IMG/VR virus record: IMGVR_UViG_2617270990_000006
Length of the DNA: 14,499 nucleotides
Reading direction: 5' to 3' (one strand)
Origin: a virus
Lineage: Duplodnaviria; Heunggongvirae; Uroviricota; Caudoviricetes
Shown here: one piece after another, positions 14,128 through 14,499 of the stretch
Layout: each line of letters opens with the position of its first letter
How positions within the stretch are numbered: position 1 is the stretch's first letter
Program-made: the position numbers and the translations under genes
Notes under the pieces: model-generated
Databases searched by the model: none
Told to the model about the DNA's origin: nothing
The model's input: the letters and a program-made list of their open reading frames with translations, nothing else

Positions 14128-14450
14128 TTTTTCCAGAGGCGGTCGAACTCCGCCTTCGCAAAATAAGCGGAAGCCTGGCGAAGGATATCGTTACTGCGGC
14201 GCAGTTCACGATTTTCACGTTCCAGCTCTTTCAGACGCTGACGTTCAGCGCTGGTGAGCCCACCATCACCGCCCCCGGTATCCCGCTCATGCTGGCGAAC
14301 CCAGACACGCAGAGTCTCCGGCGTACAGCCAATCTTTGGGGCAATGGAACAAATTGCCGCCCACTGTGAGTCATATTCATCCTGACTTTCCAGAACCATA
14401 CGAATCGCCCGCTGACGGACTTCGGGGGAAAAACGAGTATTTTTAGTCAT
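14124..14450 (-). CDS. IS3-family transposase OrfA (HTH/leucine-zipper part)
   Basis: 108 aa, [51 protein letters not shown] ..., matching IS629/IS1203 OrfA as recalled. A-rich run GGAAAAAATGA at the orfA/orfB junction suits -1 frameshifting. Confidence 0.9.
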   Translation of the reverse strand: MTKNTRFSPEVRQRAIRMVLESQDEYDSQWAAICSIAPKIGCTPETLRVWVRQHERDTGGGDGGLTSAERQRLKELERENRELRRSNDILRQASAYFAKAEFDRLWKK

Positions 14451-14499
14451 CCTGTTTACCTCTTTCTCAGGGAGTTTAGTCTCCAGGATTTCCGGGGCG

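Larger units (their letters stand above)
13195..14499 (-). mobile_element. IS629/IS1203-like insertion sequence (IS3 family), nearly complete; left terminus about 5 bp beyond the window
   Basis: Terminal repeat TGAACCGCCCCGGG begins at 13195; the reverse complement of the window end (CGCCCCGGAAATCCTGGAGAC...) is the imperfect inverted copy. Two overlapping ORFs typical of IS3-family orfA/orfB. Total about 1310 bp. Confidence 0.85.

Noticed and set aside
13194-14369. Plus-strand ORFs (78 and 106 aa) and minus ORFs (61 and 60 aa) inside the IS element
   Set aside because: Alternative frames of the orfA/orfB transposase genes.
1-14499. CRISPR arrays
   Set aside because: No regularly spaced direct repeats with unique spacers; the only phased repeats are the CGTGAC iterons inside the initiator gene.

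Overview
This window is about 13.2 kb of a lambdoid prophage (Qin / CP-933P-like, E. coli-type), followed by an IS629-like insertion sequence that runs off the right edge. On the minus strand, read right to left, lie a cro-like gene, a cII-position gene (YdaT-like), an O-like initiator with origin iterons inside it, a P-like helicase loader, two coupled unknown genes, a DUF968 gene, rusA, antiterminator Q, a candidate late promoter and terminator, a beta-class DNA amino-methyltransferase and a tRNA with anticodon CAU. On the plus strand sit an HTH repressor, a 63-aa antitoxin and a ParE toxin (paaR-paaA-parE-like) in the lambda cI/rex position, then a terminator, OL/PL-like operators and ydfA-ydfB-ydfC-like early-left genes. 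The most unusual content is an AT-rich ~3 kb island between the replication and nin genes: a QueH-like (DUF208, epoxyqueuosine reductase family) gene next to a complete type II restriction-modification pair (C5-cytosine methyltransferase plus an NgoMIV/Cfr10I-family endonuclease), closed by an intrinsic terminator. All calls come from reading the sequence and ORF translations against remembered family motifs; no database search was run, so family names are hypotheses to confirm.
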